Below, piece by piece: positions 14,190 to 26,325 of a stretch of DNA of 45,062 nt. The stretch is taken from positions 1 through 45,062 of the forward strand of contig JNEM01010040.1 of the NCBI GenBank assembly GCA_000697335.1, given 5' to 3'. Numbering within the stretch: position 1 is the first letter of the stretch; every line of letters starts with the position of its first letter. A program made the position numbers and the translations under genes. The notes beneath the pieces are model-generated. The model had not been told where the DNA came from. It worked only from the letters and a program-made list of their open reading frames with translations, and did no database searches. Source of the DNA: Conidiobolus incongruus B7586 (lineage: Eukaryota).

Positions 14190-14646
14190 TTAAAAGCTTT
14201 CATTACTAAAATTCAAGCACAAATTGATAAAACCTTATTTACAAGAATTTAAAATTTACTTGGATATATAAATCATTTAAAATTTAAAAAATATAATTTA
14301 TATTCACCTTATTCCTCCTATAAATATTTGATAACTAAAACTGTAAATGCTGGAAAATATGTATATAAGTAAATTGATGTGAACTAAAAAAATTAAAATT
14401 TTGTTCAAATTTAAATGAATAAAATTATTTATAAATAGAAAATTTTAAGGAAGAAAAAAGATGTATAATGAAATCAAATATTAAAAGAATTAGAAGTGAT
14501 AATATGATGTAATTGATGAATGAAACATTAAACAACAAGGATCACAATTAGATAGAACTGATGTCAAAAATTCACATAAATATATTACAATTACAAACCT
14601 TGTAAACCAAATGAATTGTTTAGAAAAATTAAGATTTTAGGAATAT

Positions 14647-14719
14647 GGGGGTCTAGCCTATTTTGTAGAGCTCTCGCTTCGCATCCAAGAGGCGTCGGAA
14701 ACGATACCTAGGTTCTCCA
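14647..14719 (+). pseudogene. tRNA-Ala(CGC)-derived pseudogene
   Basis: 73 nt, GGGGGTC...GTTCTCCA, with G3:U70, loop TT-CGC-AT and a downstream T-run. Two mismatches in the anticodon stem, a broken T-stem, T-loop AACGATA instead of TTCGAxx, and no D-loop GG. Confidence 0.8.
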
Positions 14720-15478
14720 TATTTTTTATTTTAATAATATCTTAACCAGGAAAATTATATTTTCTCAAATATTTTCAAAATTGAATAATACTAATAATAA
14801 TAATAGCGTATTTATATTTGAATTTGAATTCCTATAGATTAAAATTTAAATAATTTAAAAAATAATGACTCCTCCAGTACTCTATTTATTCTAATTTTGA
14901 TTTTTGAAATATTGGAAAATAATTATTATAAAAACTCTACATTGGTTTTATTGTTTATATTTCATTATTAAATAAAATTACATAACTATATTTGAATTTA
15001 TAATTTCAATGATATTATTCTTTTAAATTGATAATTAATGATCAGATACTTACAATACAGTTATCAAATCATTGAATTAACATATAATTTTCCAATACTA
15101 ATCAACAATTATAAAATTGCTTTTCCGAACTATACACTTAGATTAAAAAATATTGAACGAACACTTTAATAGTTATTGTTTTCGTACAAGATCTAATGAA
15201 TCAAATATTTTAATATTAAACAGTTGGTAAAAATATATACAGATTTCAATTTATTAAAAAATTGATATTATCCAAATTAATAAAACTCAACTATTATATT
15301 ATATTTTATAACTTGGACATAAAATTAATCCTTCATACTTAATTTTGGAAATTATAATAATCACTTCAGGTTGTTCAAATAAGATTTAAAAATCCCATAA
15401 TTTTAAAATTTGATCTACTTGAAGTTAAATATATGTAAACTCTAATATCCACAATTAAATTCTAAAATAGCCTAAAAA

Positions 15479-18400
15479 ATGAGTGAATCCAATAATAATA
15501 CCAAAAAAGATGACAATCCTCAAGACTCACTCAATCAAATAGTCCAAATTTCTAAACCTCCGAAATTTTCGTTCAAACCCAAAGCTTCTATAACTTCGGA
15601 TAAAAGGAAAACAAGTGGAAGTGAGTCCAAATTGGTTAAAAGGGATAAGAAGAGGTCGACTTCGTCGAGGTCTAGCTCCGTAACCAAAAAATCTTCAAGG
15701 TCTGAGGATCGTTCTCGTAAAATGGTTTTTCAACCCCCTGAATATTTAAAAGTAATATTATGATAATTGTATATTGAATAACTGAATTAATGCTATTTTT
15801 AGTTAAATTCCGTTTTGGGACCTAAATTAACACACTTTCCACTAGAGTAAATAATAATAATATAGCAATCTGTATTAGAGTAATGAACTAATAGTCAAGT
15901 TTAGATTAACTCGAGAATATTCTGTATATTTAGACTCTAAAGGCAATCCTAACTATAGAGATTTTAGTGGCACTTATCATTACAATCTGCCCAATTACAG
16001 GAGGGAAGGAGGTAATTTTATATATTATAGTATATCATTATATATTAATTTTAGTAGGGGGCAAAATTTTGGGACTTTCGAGTGAATTTAGAATTAGTCA
16101 ATCCAAGAGTAAAAATAGCGATAAGTTAATAGCTGTTAGAGCTACTAGAAATTCTGAAGTAAATTTAATATTATTTTAAATTCATTAATGTAACTTTAAC
16201 CAATTTGTTAGTTTACTAGATATATGGATGTAGCTTATTCAGAATTAGATTATACGTTTTTATTGAATAGGTAGTCAGCAAATATTAATGATATACATAC
16301 AATCTTTATCTAATACAATCAATAGACTTAATCAACCTGAACACTCTGATGATTTTTTAAATTCTGATTTTATAGAATTCGAGGAATGGTCATCCAAAGT
16401 GGATTACTATTCTCAGCAGGATCAAGAAACCGAATTAGAAAGCATTAAAGATAGATATATCAGAGAAAAAATTAAAAGGATGGAATTGTATTTATCAGAT
16501 GTAATTATTGTATTTATCTGTCATTTTAATAACTAATCATTGTATAATAGCATCCTCACGATATTGACTACTGGTTAGATTACATCCAATTCCAACAAGA
16601 TTACTATAAAGAGATTCAAGGTGTCAAACCCAATCCCAAAAACTTATCCGAAATCAAAGTATCCATGCTTGAAAAAGCACTCCAACACAATTTAACCAGC
16701 ATTCAACTCCTCAAACTCTACTTAAGCACCTGTGAAGAATTTATGGAGTAATCATTATATCATAATATAATTATAATATATTAACGGCGATTTAGAGCTA
16801 ACCAATTACAAAATAAATGGAATGCCATTTTAGAGGATCATCCCAAAGCTTACGATTTATGGCTAGATTATACCACATTTTTGGAAGCTAATTTTACCAC
16901 TTTTTCAGTCACTAAATTAACTGAAACTTATCAGAGAGCTATCGCTACTTTGTCTAAATATAAGTGTCAATCATCTTTACAAGGTAATATTTATTATTTA
17001 TATGAATATTAATCATTATATTGATTATGAAAACAGAACAAAAGGAAATTGAAGGAGTTTTAATTCAATTGATTTTCAGAGTTTGTAAATTGTTAAAATC
17101 TACAGGTAATCCACTATAATATTTAATAAAGCTATTCACTAATAAACAAAATAGGATTTACAAATCAATCTGTAGCGATATTTCAAGCTTTGATTGAATT
17201 AAATTGGTATATGCCTGCCCCTTTACAAAATCAGTCATTCAGTACGAAATTAAATCAGTTGGAAGTGTTCTGGGATCGTGAATGGCCTAGATTCGGTGAA
17301 GATGTATTATTTATAATTGATGGTATATATACAATTTCATTAATTTCTTATTTAGAATGGAACAGGTTGGAATTCTTATTATGGAATGGGTAATTATCAA
17401 ATACTTAAGTATGATATAATATATTAATTTGGATTTAGATGGTGACCCTGTATATCAACCAATTCCTTTATCTTATCCTCAAGATTCTATCGATGAAAAT
17501 GGTATAATCAATTATTTGTACATTGATCTTATTGAGTAATCATTATATTAGATTTTCAAAGTTGGTGCCAATATGAAAGACAATTAGGAGATGAAAATTT
17601 CTTTCCTATTAAGTCATCCCAACTGAGTAAGTTATTTTGAATTATTATATTTGATATAATTTTTTTAATATTTGATTAGATGATGAAGACGAAGATATCT
17701 ACAAAGTGATACTTTTTGAAGATGTGAAGCCATACCTATTTGAAATGAATCTTCTCACCAACAAAAAACTCATCCTATATCTGTTCCTACAATTATTAGG
17801 CATACCTGCCACTCAACTGTTTTCATCCAATTTTCAATTTAACAAAACTACTCACATTTCAGACTTTATCAATTCACCAATGTTTTATGAAAATTTTTTC
17901 AAATTTGATACTAGTGCTAATCAATTACAGATTCAGGATATTTTAAATAGTTTTGATAGGAACAACATTCAAGAGACCTTTAATACTTCGAATAGATGGA
18001 AATTTCCATACGTTAGTAATGTTCCATTCTGTAATTTGAACTGGTTTCAACAATTTGAGATATTTAATGGGTTTGATAAGGATTTATTAGTTGGTGTTAA
18101 TATTCCATTTGTTAGGTATTATTTATATATTAAATACTGGGTATAATACTAATAATTCATCTAGAAATTGTTTAACCAGAATGAAATCTCTAATTCAGGA
18201 TGATTTTATACTATTATTAGAATTGAGAATTGAAACTTATATAAATCCTCAAGAGTAATTTAGTTTAAATAACTATTAATAACTATAATTAATGGTTAAT
18301 TTAGATGGAATTCAATTTGTAAAAAATTATTAAAACCCAATCCCAATAATTTAAACTTGTGGGCTGCTTATGCTTGTTTAATTTGGCAGCATGAGCAATA

Positions 18401-19721
18401 CGATAAAGTAATATCATTAAGTAATATTCACGATTAATTGTTTATTAATTTTTATTAGGCTAGAGATATTTTCAAAAAAGCGATTCAACTATACTGGTCT
18501 CAACCCAAAGACTTCCAACAACCTATTTCCATTATTTATTTCACTTGGATTAATTTAGAACTGTCTAAAGACTACTGGAATCACGTATTAGGTAATATCA
18601 AATTTATATTTTTATTATTTGCTTATTCATATTATATTTAGCAATATTAAAAAGCTTTAAAAATAATGGATTTCCAAAAGACTTTGATGATGAGAGTATG
18701 AATTTTGATGATCATGTTTTTGATGAGTTGAACCACGTAAGTTATAAAATTCAATATATACTATATGACTAATGAATATTTTATTGATTTAGCTTTTTGA
18801 TTCCAATATTCAACAAAGTCTACAATATGAGATGAATTCCCCAGTTAGGAAAAGCTTGGTTCACCTTATCCATATGCATGCTATTTCTCATTACTTAAGA
18901 CATTCATTCGAAATTAACAAACTCTGTAATGTTTATGACTATTGGTTAACAACACTAAACAATCAACTCAACAAAGACGACTTCGAAATCGAACTCCTAT
19001 ATATTCACTATCTCTATCTCTTATATACTCATGCACATCGCGGCGGCCCTTTTAAGAGCAGCGTCATCACCCAGAGATGGACCCGAGCAATTGAACAATT
19101 CCCTAACAACTTAGGCTTTTGGATCGGATTTATGGAAAATGAAACCAAATTTAGAATCTTCAACAGATTGAAAAATTTATTGAACCAACTGTTACAAAGG
19201 TATATACCTATATAATTATTTATACCATATTGATTATTTATTGGTTGAATTACAGAGAATCTCCATCCCTCTATTTAAGATTATTTTCCATTTATCATGC
19301 TACACAATCGAATTACCCATACAATTACGATAGTATTAAAAATCAATTGGAAATGGCGACTGAATCCAAAGAGTAAATATATAATATATATAGCTGAATA
19401 ATTAATATACAATATTAATCATGTTTTATAGATCTCAAACCAATCCCACCATTTGGATCTTGTATATCCTATTCGAACTTCATCACCAACACTTGGACCA
19501 CGTCAAAGAACTAATCTATAAAGCTATTAAATTTTGCCCATGGTCCAAAGGTAAATCCCTTCTTTAAAAACTATTATATAGTATTTTAATAGTATCTTTT
19601 AGAATTATATTTATTCAGTTTAATTCACTTCCCTAAGTCTAATGAAAAATATAATGAGGAATTAATTGCAATTAGAAGGATGATGGATCAGAAAGGATTG
19701 AGAATTAGATTCAATTTGTAA
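15479..19721 (+). CDS. NRDE2: NRDE-2 / Nrl1 family nuclear RNA-processing protein, 22 exons
   Basis: 21 short GT-AG introns give one open frame from ATG 15479 to TAA 19719-19721. NRDE-2-like motifs: DSKGNPNY...LPNYRREGGGKILGL, HPHDIDYWLDYIQFQ, AIFQALIELN, FWDREWPRFGE, VILFEDVKPYLF, AIKFCPWSKELYL, MDQKGLRIR. Confidence 0.92.
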
Positions 19722-20487
19722 TTTAATTAATTACTAATTGATTTTAAGAAATTGAAACTATTAATAATGTGTTTTAAATTAGTAATAAAAAATCTAAAAT
19801 AGGTTGATATTTTAATTTAAATAGTTGACTTGGCTAATTTATGTTTGATTTTCATTTTACTTTGGATTCAAAAAATATTATAGTTAATAATTCCATTTTC
19901 CCAAGATAATAATAATATTTTATACATTGACAGTAGATTGACAGATCATTTAGTTTATAACTTGGATAAGGATATAACTCATCAATATTGAACTCTCATC
20001 ACTAACATATTTAACTAAATTTTATATATTCAACTATAGAAAATAATTGAATATTACCCCAACATGAATACAATTTTAGAGTTGATTTAATTAATTCGAG
20101 TTATTTTATTTTATATAATCTAACCCTCAAATGTCAAATTTTTTTAGTTGTTTTTTAAATTATTTGTGTATATGAAAAAAGAAAAGCTATATTCTAATAA
20201 CGATGTTTCATTTTAGAAAAATATTATATTCATATTAATTAAAATTTTGACAATTCATATTTTCAAAAAATTATTATTATAACCTTATAATAATAAAATT
20301 CTAGCTTTAATATATTATTTAATCAAAATTAATCAATTTCAAGCATATTTAAATTATTTATTATTTATCATTTTTGGTTGAATATTTTTATATAATTTAT
20401 AAAATAATGATTAATAATTGGAGTTATAGATGTAGAAATTAATGTTATTTTTATATGAAAACCCTAATATTTCTTAATCAAACGTTG

Positions 20488-20490
<3 letters not shown>

Positions 20491-20522
<32 letters not shown>
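20491..20522. repeat. (TA)16 microsatellite
   Basis: Pure TA run. Confidence 0.9.
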
Positions 20523-20525
<3 letters not shown>

Positions 20526-20945
20526 CGTGTATTTTTATTTCAAATAATTATTTAAAGTAATAATAAGATCATCAGATTTTTAAAAAAAATTCCTTTCACT
20601 AACACTATCAAGGTATTAAAAAAATGATAGAGAATGAATTTATATGTAAATTAAATAATTATAAGATCATAAAATTAATACTTATTTTGGTCTTGCTATT
20701 ATATTAATTTTAGCAATTCAAATACAATTTTTATAGCTATATTAGATATTTTGATATCAAACAGTTGAGATTCAAATGTATCCAAAATATCTTCATCTAA
20801 TTTTAAATTGAATTAGCCAATAGTTGAATATGATAATCAAACAATCCCATAACATACAAAAACCAATTGAAATTCACTATAAATTATAAGAAATGAGAAA
20901 GATTCAAAAATATAATTAATGTAATATTTATTAAATGTTTAAAAA

Positions 20946-23537
20946 ATGATCAAAGGCTTCAATAAGAAGCGATATAATGTTAATTATTGTGCATTATTTG
21001 CTCATAAACTCAGAACTAAATATTTATTACCTCCTTTAATTCCTAATCATTTTACTGTGAATAATTCACTCCGATTAGAAACTTTTTCAAGTACTACAAC
21101 TGCTAATTCATCCAACTCGGCACTACTATTGAAAGTGGGAGATCTCTCTGAAGAAAATGATATTTTCTCATCTTTAAAACATGCTTTAAAGAGTAACGAT
21201 TTTGAAGGAGTCATGGAATCTTATAATTTATTACCTCAAGAAATTGTATCTAAAATCCCCAAAAATTTATTTTTAGAAATTTTAAACCTTGTTAAAAACT
21301 CCAAATCATCCCAAAAAACTAAATATATATTGAAAACTCTTAAAGATATTAAGAAATTTGATATTGGTTTGGAGGAAGAGGCTTATAACGCTCTCGCTTT
21401 CAGTATGGCCAGTTCAAAACAGTATGAAGATTGTTGGCTTCTAATTCAGGAAATGAAGAGAGCTAATTATAAACCAGACATAAATATTATCTCTCTGATG
21501 ATTCTTTCCCTCTCTTCCGATGGTATGACCAAATCTGCTTTCAACTTGTTTCAAACCGCCATGGCCGATTTAAATGATAAGGAACTCACTGAACTCTATC
21601 AAGCGATGATTCTTGGTTTCAAATCGAGAAGCGATCCCGAGAATGTGCATTACTTTACGTTACAAATGCTTAAATCTGAAATTGACATCCCTCCCACATT
21701 TTTCAAGCATATTCTTTCCTATTTATTCAACTGTAAGCACTACGAAGATGCAACTAGTCTATTTTTGCAACTTTTCAAATCTAACAAACATAATATTAAA
21801 CTGCTGGAAGATTCAACAATATTCGTTTTCACCATCAAGAATCTAGTTCTCAATCAGCAATATACCAAAGCCGTTGGTATACTAGAACAAATACTTCATA
21901 ACATCACGAACGATTCTGAGAAAGTTGAGTATTCCAATGAACTAATTTCGCTAATTGAATCTGAGCAACTCCCCCATTATCGGCAATGCTTATCATCTTT
22001 TTACGACTACCTAATCGAAAATATTTCTTCATCGACCCCTTCATTAATAATGGCTTTGACAAAATATTCATCTTCCTCAATCCCTTCTTTGTTCATGGAA
22101 AAATGGGAACAAACACAAGCAAAAAACACAGCAGAATTGATGCAGGGATCAGAAAATGAGCTACTTCCCTCTGCCGATCTCTATTCTTCTGTCCAAAGGT
22201 TGATAAACCGCGGAAAGTTATCAGAAGCGTCAAATTTAATAGAGAAAAATATTATGAATTACAGATCAGACCCTTATCCGATATGTAATCTATTAATTAA
22301 GGCATACTCGAATACACTTCAAGAAGATAAGGTACATGAATTATTATCTAAAATGGAGAAATGGCAGCTACCTCCTAATACATTGACATTTGAATTACTT
22401 TACAAGCTATATAAACAAACAGGTAATGTTTCATTGGCTAAAAAGTGGTACCATATCCAAAAAGATAGACTCCAGATATTACTATCTCTTAAATCTTACA
22501 AATATCTCATGTCTTTATTCAGCCATCACGATCCTACATTTTCAAGAGATATTTTACTCGATACCATTGATTCTGACACCTTGCCCACCTCCTCTTTAAT
22601 CAATATCGCTTTGAAACCATTCATAGAATCTTCTAACTACTCACTTTGTGAAGAGTTTTTAAATGAGCTGAATTCAGTCAATATACAACTCTTTCACTCG
22701 AATTTTGTCTATTTGGTTGGATCAATGGTCAAATATGGCTCATTGAAAGAAGCAGAAAACTTGGTCTTTACTATGCAGACAAGATTTGGTTTAAAACCCA
22801 ACACCCAACTATGCAGCATTTTATTAAAGGGCTACAATACTTCAAGAGATAATCTTGGTGTTAGAAGAGTGTTTGAATTTATGGTACGAAACTCAGTTTC
22901 ATTGAACCAAGTCACTTATTCCATATTGATTCAAAATGCAGTAAATAATGGAGAATTTGGAGAAGTTGAAAATTTGCTCAAAGCAATGAGTAACCAAGGT
23001 ATTAGACCCAACTTAATTACTTTATCATGTTTGATAGGACCCCATATTGGATCCCAGGGTGTTGATGCATGCAATGCATTTATCGAAAGGTTAAAAGAAT
23101 ATCAATTGAAACCAGATTCGGTCATCCATATCCTCTTGCTAAGAACTTTGAGTTTCATGTCTAACCTGGATGACTGTATCAAATACTTCCGAAACCAATG
23201 GGATTCCATCATCGAAACACCCGAACCCTACACCTTTCTATTAGAGATTGGGTTCAAAAATCGAGATCAAATCGAAGACATCCTAAAAATTCACTTTGAA
23301 TTAGTTGAATCAACAAAATTCCAAATCACACCTCGCCATTTTGAATTGCTTATCAGAACACTGATTAAATGGGAGCGATTTGAAGATTTGTTAAAAGTGA
23401 TCGAAAGGCATGCACCCTTCGAAGGTTATACACTTCCGCCATACATTCAATCCATTTTATCATCAGCCCTCAATCAAGTTAACTTTTCAGATAATGATTT
23501 GTACAATAAGCTCAAGTTTTATATTAGAAATGATTAA
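20946..23537 (+). CDS. Pentatricopeptide-repeat (PPR) protein, probably mitochondrial, intronless, 863 aa
   Basis: 35-aa PPR motifs, e.g. EEAYNALAFSMASSKQYEDCWLLIQEMKRANYKPD and QVTYSILIQNAVNNGEFGEVENLLKAMSNQGIRPN. Basic, acid-poor N-terminus suggests a presequence. Confidence 0.9.
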   Translation: MIKGFNKKRYNVNYCALFAHKLRTKYLLPPLIPNHFTVNNSLRLETFSSTTTANSSNSALLLKVGDLSEENDIFSSLKHALKSNDFEGVMESYNLLPQEIVSKIPKNLFLEILNLVKNSKSSQKTKYILKTLKDIKKFDIGLEEEAYNALAFSMASSKQYEDCWLLIQEMKRANYKPDINIISLMILSLSSDGMTKSAFNLFQTAMADLNDKELTELYQAMILGFKSRSDPENVHYFTLQMLKSEIDIPPTFFKHILSYLFNCKHYEDATSLFLQLFKSNKHNIKLLEDSTIFVFTIKNLVLNQQYTKAVGILEQILHNITNDSEKVEYSNELISLIESEQLPHYRQCLSSFYDYLIENISSSTPSLIMALTKYSSSSIPSLFMEKWEQTQAKNTAELMQGSENELLPSADLYSSVQRLINRGKLSEASNLIEKNIMNYRSDPYPICNLLIKAYSNTLQEDKVHELLSKMEKWQLPPNTLTFELLYKLYKQTGNVSLAKKWYHIQKDRLQILLSLKSYKYLMSLFSHHDPTFSRDILLDTIDSDTLPTSSLINIALKPFIESSNYSLCEEFLNELNSVNIQLFHSNFVYLVGSMVKYGSLKEAENLVFTMQTRFGLKPNTQLCSILLKGYNTSRDNLGVRRVFEFMVRNSVSLNQVTYSILIQNAVNNGEFGEVENLLKAMSNQGIRPNLITLSCLIGPHIGSQGVDACNAFIERLKEYQLKPDSVIHILLLRTLSFMSNLDDCIKYFRNQWDSIIETPEPYTFLLEIGFKNRDQIEDILKIHFELVESTKFQITPRHFELLIRTLIKWERFEDLLKVIERHAPFEGYTLPPYIQSILSSALNQVNFSDNDLYNKLKFYIRND

Positions 23538-23620
23538 TAGTAATTTTCACTATTAAAAAAATAAAATATTATTTAATTTTTATCATTTATCTTATGATTA
23601 TAATTAATGGTGCTTTTTTT

Positions 23621-23680
23621 GATACGTGACCCATAAAATTGAATTAATTAATGTGTATAAATATTGAAATAGGGCCAATC
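23621..23680 (+). promoter_or_regulatory. ACGTG box plus CCAAT box upstream of ZFAND1
   Basis: GATACGTGAC at 23621-23630 and GGGCCAATC at 23672-23680, shortly before ATG 23705. Confidence 0.4.
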
Positions 23681-23704
23681 ACTTGAAAATTCAATTTAAT
23701 CATC

Positions 23705-24730
23705 ATGGAATTAAGCCATATAGGAGATAACTGTCAAAGTACCAATTGTAGACAATTAGATTTTTTACCCTTTCATTGCACTAATTGTGAATTAACATTT
23801 TGGTAATATTACATATTTTTAGTATCATAAGTAGTATTTTAACTTGATACTTTAGCCAACATCATTTCATATCAGTAGAACACCCGTGTTCTTAACTAAC
23901 AAAAACTATAGAATTTCCAAAAGTTAGGAGTTCTACCAAGATACCTTGTAACTTTGAAAATTGTCCCGTTAATGAGTTATTGGTTATCTACTGTAAATTT
24001 TGTAAACATTTTTATTGTGTCAAGTAATTAATATATAAAATAATTTAAAAAAATTATTCAACTAATATATCCAAGTCATCGCTCCTTCTTAGATCACAAC
24101 TGCGAAGGTAAAAAATTGGAAGAGATGAAAAAACAGGAAGTAAAAGAAGTAGTAATGAATAAAATTCAAAAAATTACAGAGTTGACTTCGAAAAGTCAAA
24201 CACCTTTGGTAAAGGCCAAACCTGCCAAAAAGCCACAGTCTCCTATGGTTAAGTTGATGCTGATTAAACAGAAGGCTAAAGGTGATAACTCAATACCTCC
24301 AGATGCTAAATTTTATTTTAATTTGGCATTGCCAAAATCCCATCCTAAACATTTGAATCCTGTGCCAAGTTTCGTCCATCAGGTAAATATTATTTTAATA
24401 TTATATACCATTAAATGATCAATGTTTGATTATACCAGGATTGGATTATTGGCAAAATACTTGATAAATTATGCACTATAAATAATGTCACTAACAATAG
24501 ATTAAATAAAAACGACAAAGTAAATACTATTAAACTCCTAAAAATATCTAATATATTAATTTAATAATTATTAGGAGATGATCAATTTATTTAATGGTCA
24601 AAATGGTGAAAAACTACAAATTTCTACCAAGTTGAAAGATGTTGAAAACTTAAAAATGGGTAATACTTTAATTTTAGAATACTCAGATAGCTATCAAATT
24701 GATATGAGTGATTATGAAAATGTTATTTAA
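23705..24730 (+). CDS. ZFAND1: AN1-type zinc finger protein (ZFAND1/Cuz1), 5 exons, 270 codons, with one in-frame TAA at codon 46
   Basis: Exons 23705-23802, 23856-24023, 24076-24382, 24439-24519, 24575-24730. Finger 1 HIGDNCQSTNCRQLDFLPFHCTNCELTFCQHHFISVEHPC. Finger 2 CNFENC...CKFCKHFYCVNHRSFLDHNC. Also KLMLIKQKAKGDNSIP and ubiquitin-like DWIIGKILD...GNTLILEY. TAA at 23893-23895. Confidence 0.88.
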
Positions 24731-24874
24731 ATCTGAACCCAGAAATAAAGTATATCTCGTTAATAATAATAATTATTATTATTATTATTTGTTAACTTTA
24801 CTATTTTATTTGGATATTAATATTTTTGAATTTAATTATATACAATAGCTATCTTAATTGGATTTATAAATTAA

Positions 24875-24900
24875 ATATATATATATATATATATATATAT
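24875..24900. repeat. (AT)13 microsatellite
   Basis: Pure AT run. Confidence 0.9.
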
Positions 24901-26180
24901 TAAACTATATTATAAAAGTGAACTGAAATAAAATTGATTTAAAACAAATTAATTGAAGCAATTTCAAAAACAATAAAATTTAGATAATACATTATGTTAC
25001 ATATATACCTATTTTATAAATTCAATAATAGAGTTGTAAATTGTATAAAAAATATTATGCATCAATGTTATCACAAGAAAATTTGAAAATTTAAGTTGAA
25101 ATAATAGAAACCCAATATTTATATGTTTCTAAATTTAGTAATTCAATTATTAATTTCAAGCTATATACCATTTCAAATTTTGTTGCAAGATTTTTTCAGT
25201 ATATTTACTAAAGAAATAGGAAATGAAGTGACATATCATATTCAGAATTATTATAATTTGGTTTATTTTTTTAATTATTTCACCTTGTTACAATTAATAT
25301 TTTATAAATTATTTTATACAATAGCATATGTATTGTACTAATGATATATATATAATATTAGATACTGGATATTTAATAAACTAATTATTTTAATAATAGT
25401 AAGGATTTTAAATTTGATTAATTAATTAATTAATCATGGTGTATATATCTGAGATCATCTGTAACATTTGAATTTATTTTGAACAGAGAATATTTTTCAA
25501 CCTTGTTTTGATTATTTTTTTAGTTAATAATACAATTAAAGATTAAATTTAAAAAAAGAAATTATATTTCATTAATTTGATTTAAACAATATTTATAAAG
25601 TTCTTTAATTTTTCAAATTGAAATTTAATAGTAAAACTAATGTTTTAATTTAAAATAATATGAAAATGAAAAACTATAAATGATCCAATAAAAACCATTG
25701 ATTATTGTGTTTGAGATATTTAAGTAAATTGATTTTGGAATGAAAATGAGTGCAATTTGATAAAAATGTTTAATCAATAAGATGAATAATAAATAGTTTA
25801 TGAATGGATTTGACACAGTAAAATCATATGATTACAATTATTTTGATTTTGCATAATATACAAAACTGTTTTTTAAATGTTTATAATTTGTATATAGTTT
25901 AAAAGTTATTTATGTAATTATAAGGATAAAATGATACCCAAAATAAATTCGCGAATTATAATTTTTAAATCTAAATTAGTTATATCAAAGTTGCTAATAA
26001 ATTATGTACATTGGTGTTTTAATATATATATATTGAAAATAATTTGAAATAATTAATAAATATAAAGTGTATATTTATTATAATAAAATTATAATTGAAC
26101 TAATTGAGTATTTATAAACAACAAAGGCAAAAATTAAATTAGAATTCAAGCAATAAAACAAAATAATAAAAATTTACAAA

Positions 26181-26278
26181 ATCACGTGATCATAGTTGAC
26201 CAATCAAGTGTGCAGAAATTGATGGGCAAGAGTGCAAGAATTTAACAAAGCATATTATTATAGTATTGCCTTCCTTTT
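26181..26278 (+). promoter_or_regulatory. RPS1 promoter: E-box, CCAAT box and pyrimidine tract
   Basis: Palindrome ATCACGTGAT at 26181-26190, GACCAATCA at 26198-26206, CCTTCCTTTT at 26269-26278. Confidence 0.5.
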
Positions 26279-26325
26279 GCGTTTGCATCAGTACTTGAGT
26301 ATCAGAGCAGACCACATTATACAAC

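Noticed and set aside
23893..23895. Genome-wide stop-codon reassignment (TAA as sense) to explain the ZFAND1 stop
   Set aside because: TAA ends LONP2 (right after SRL), NRDE2, RPS1 and ZFAND1 itself at their expected termini, and the other intact genes have no internal TAA.
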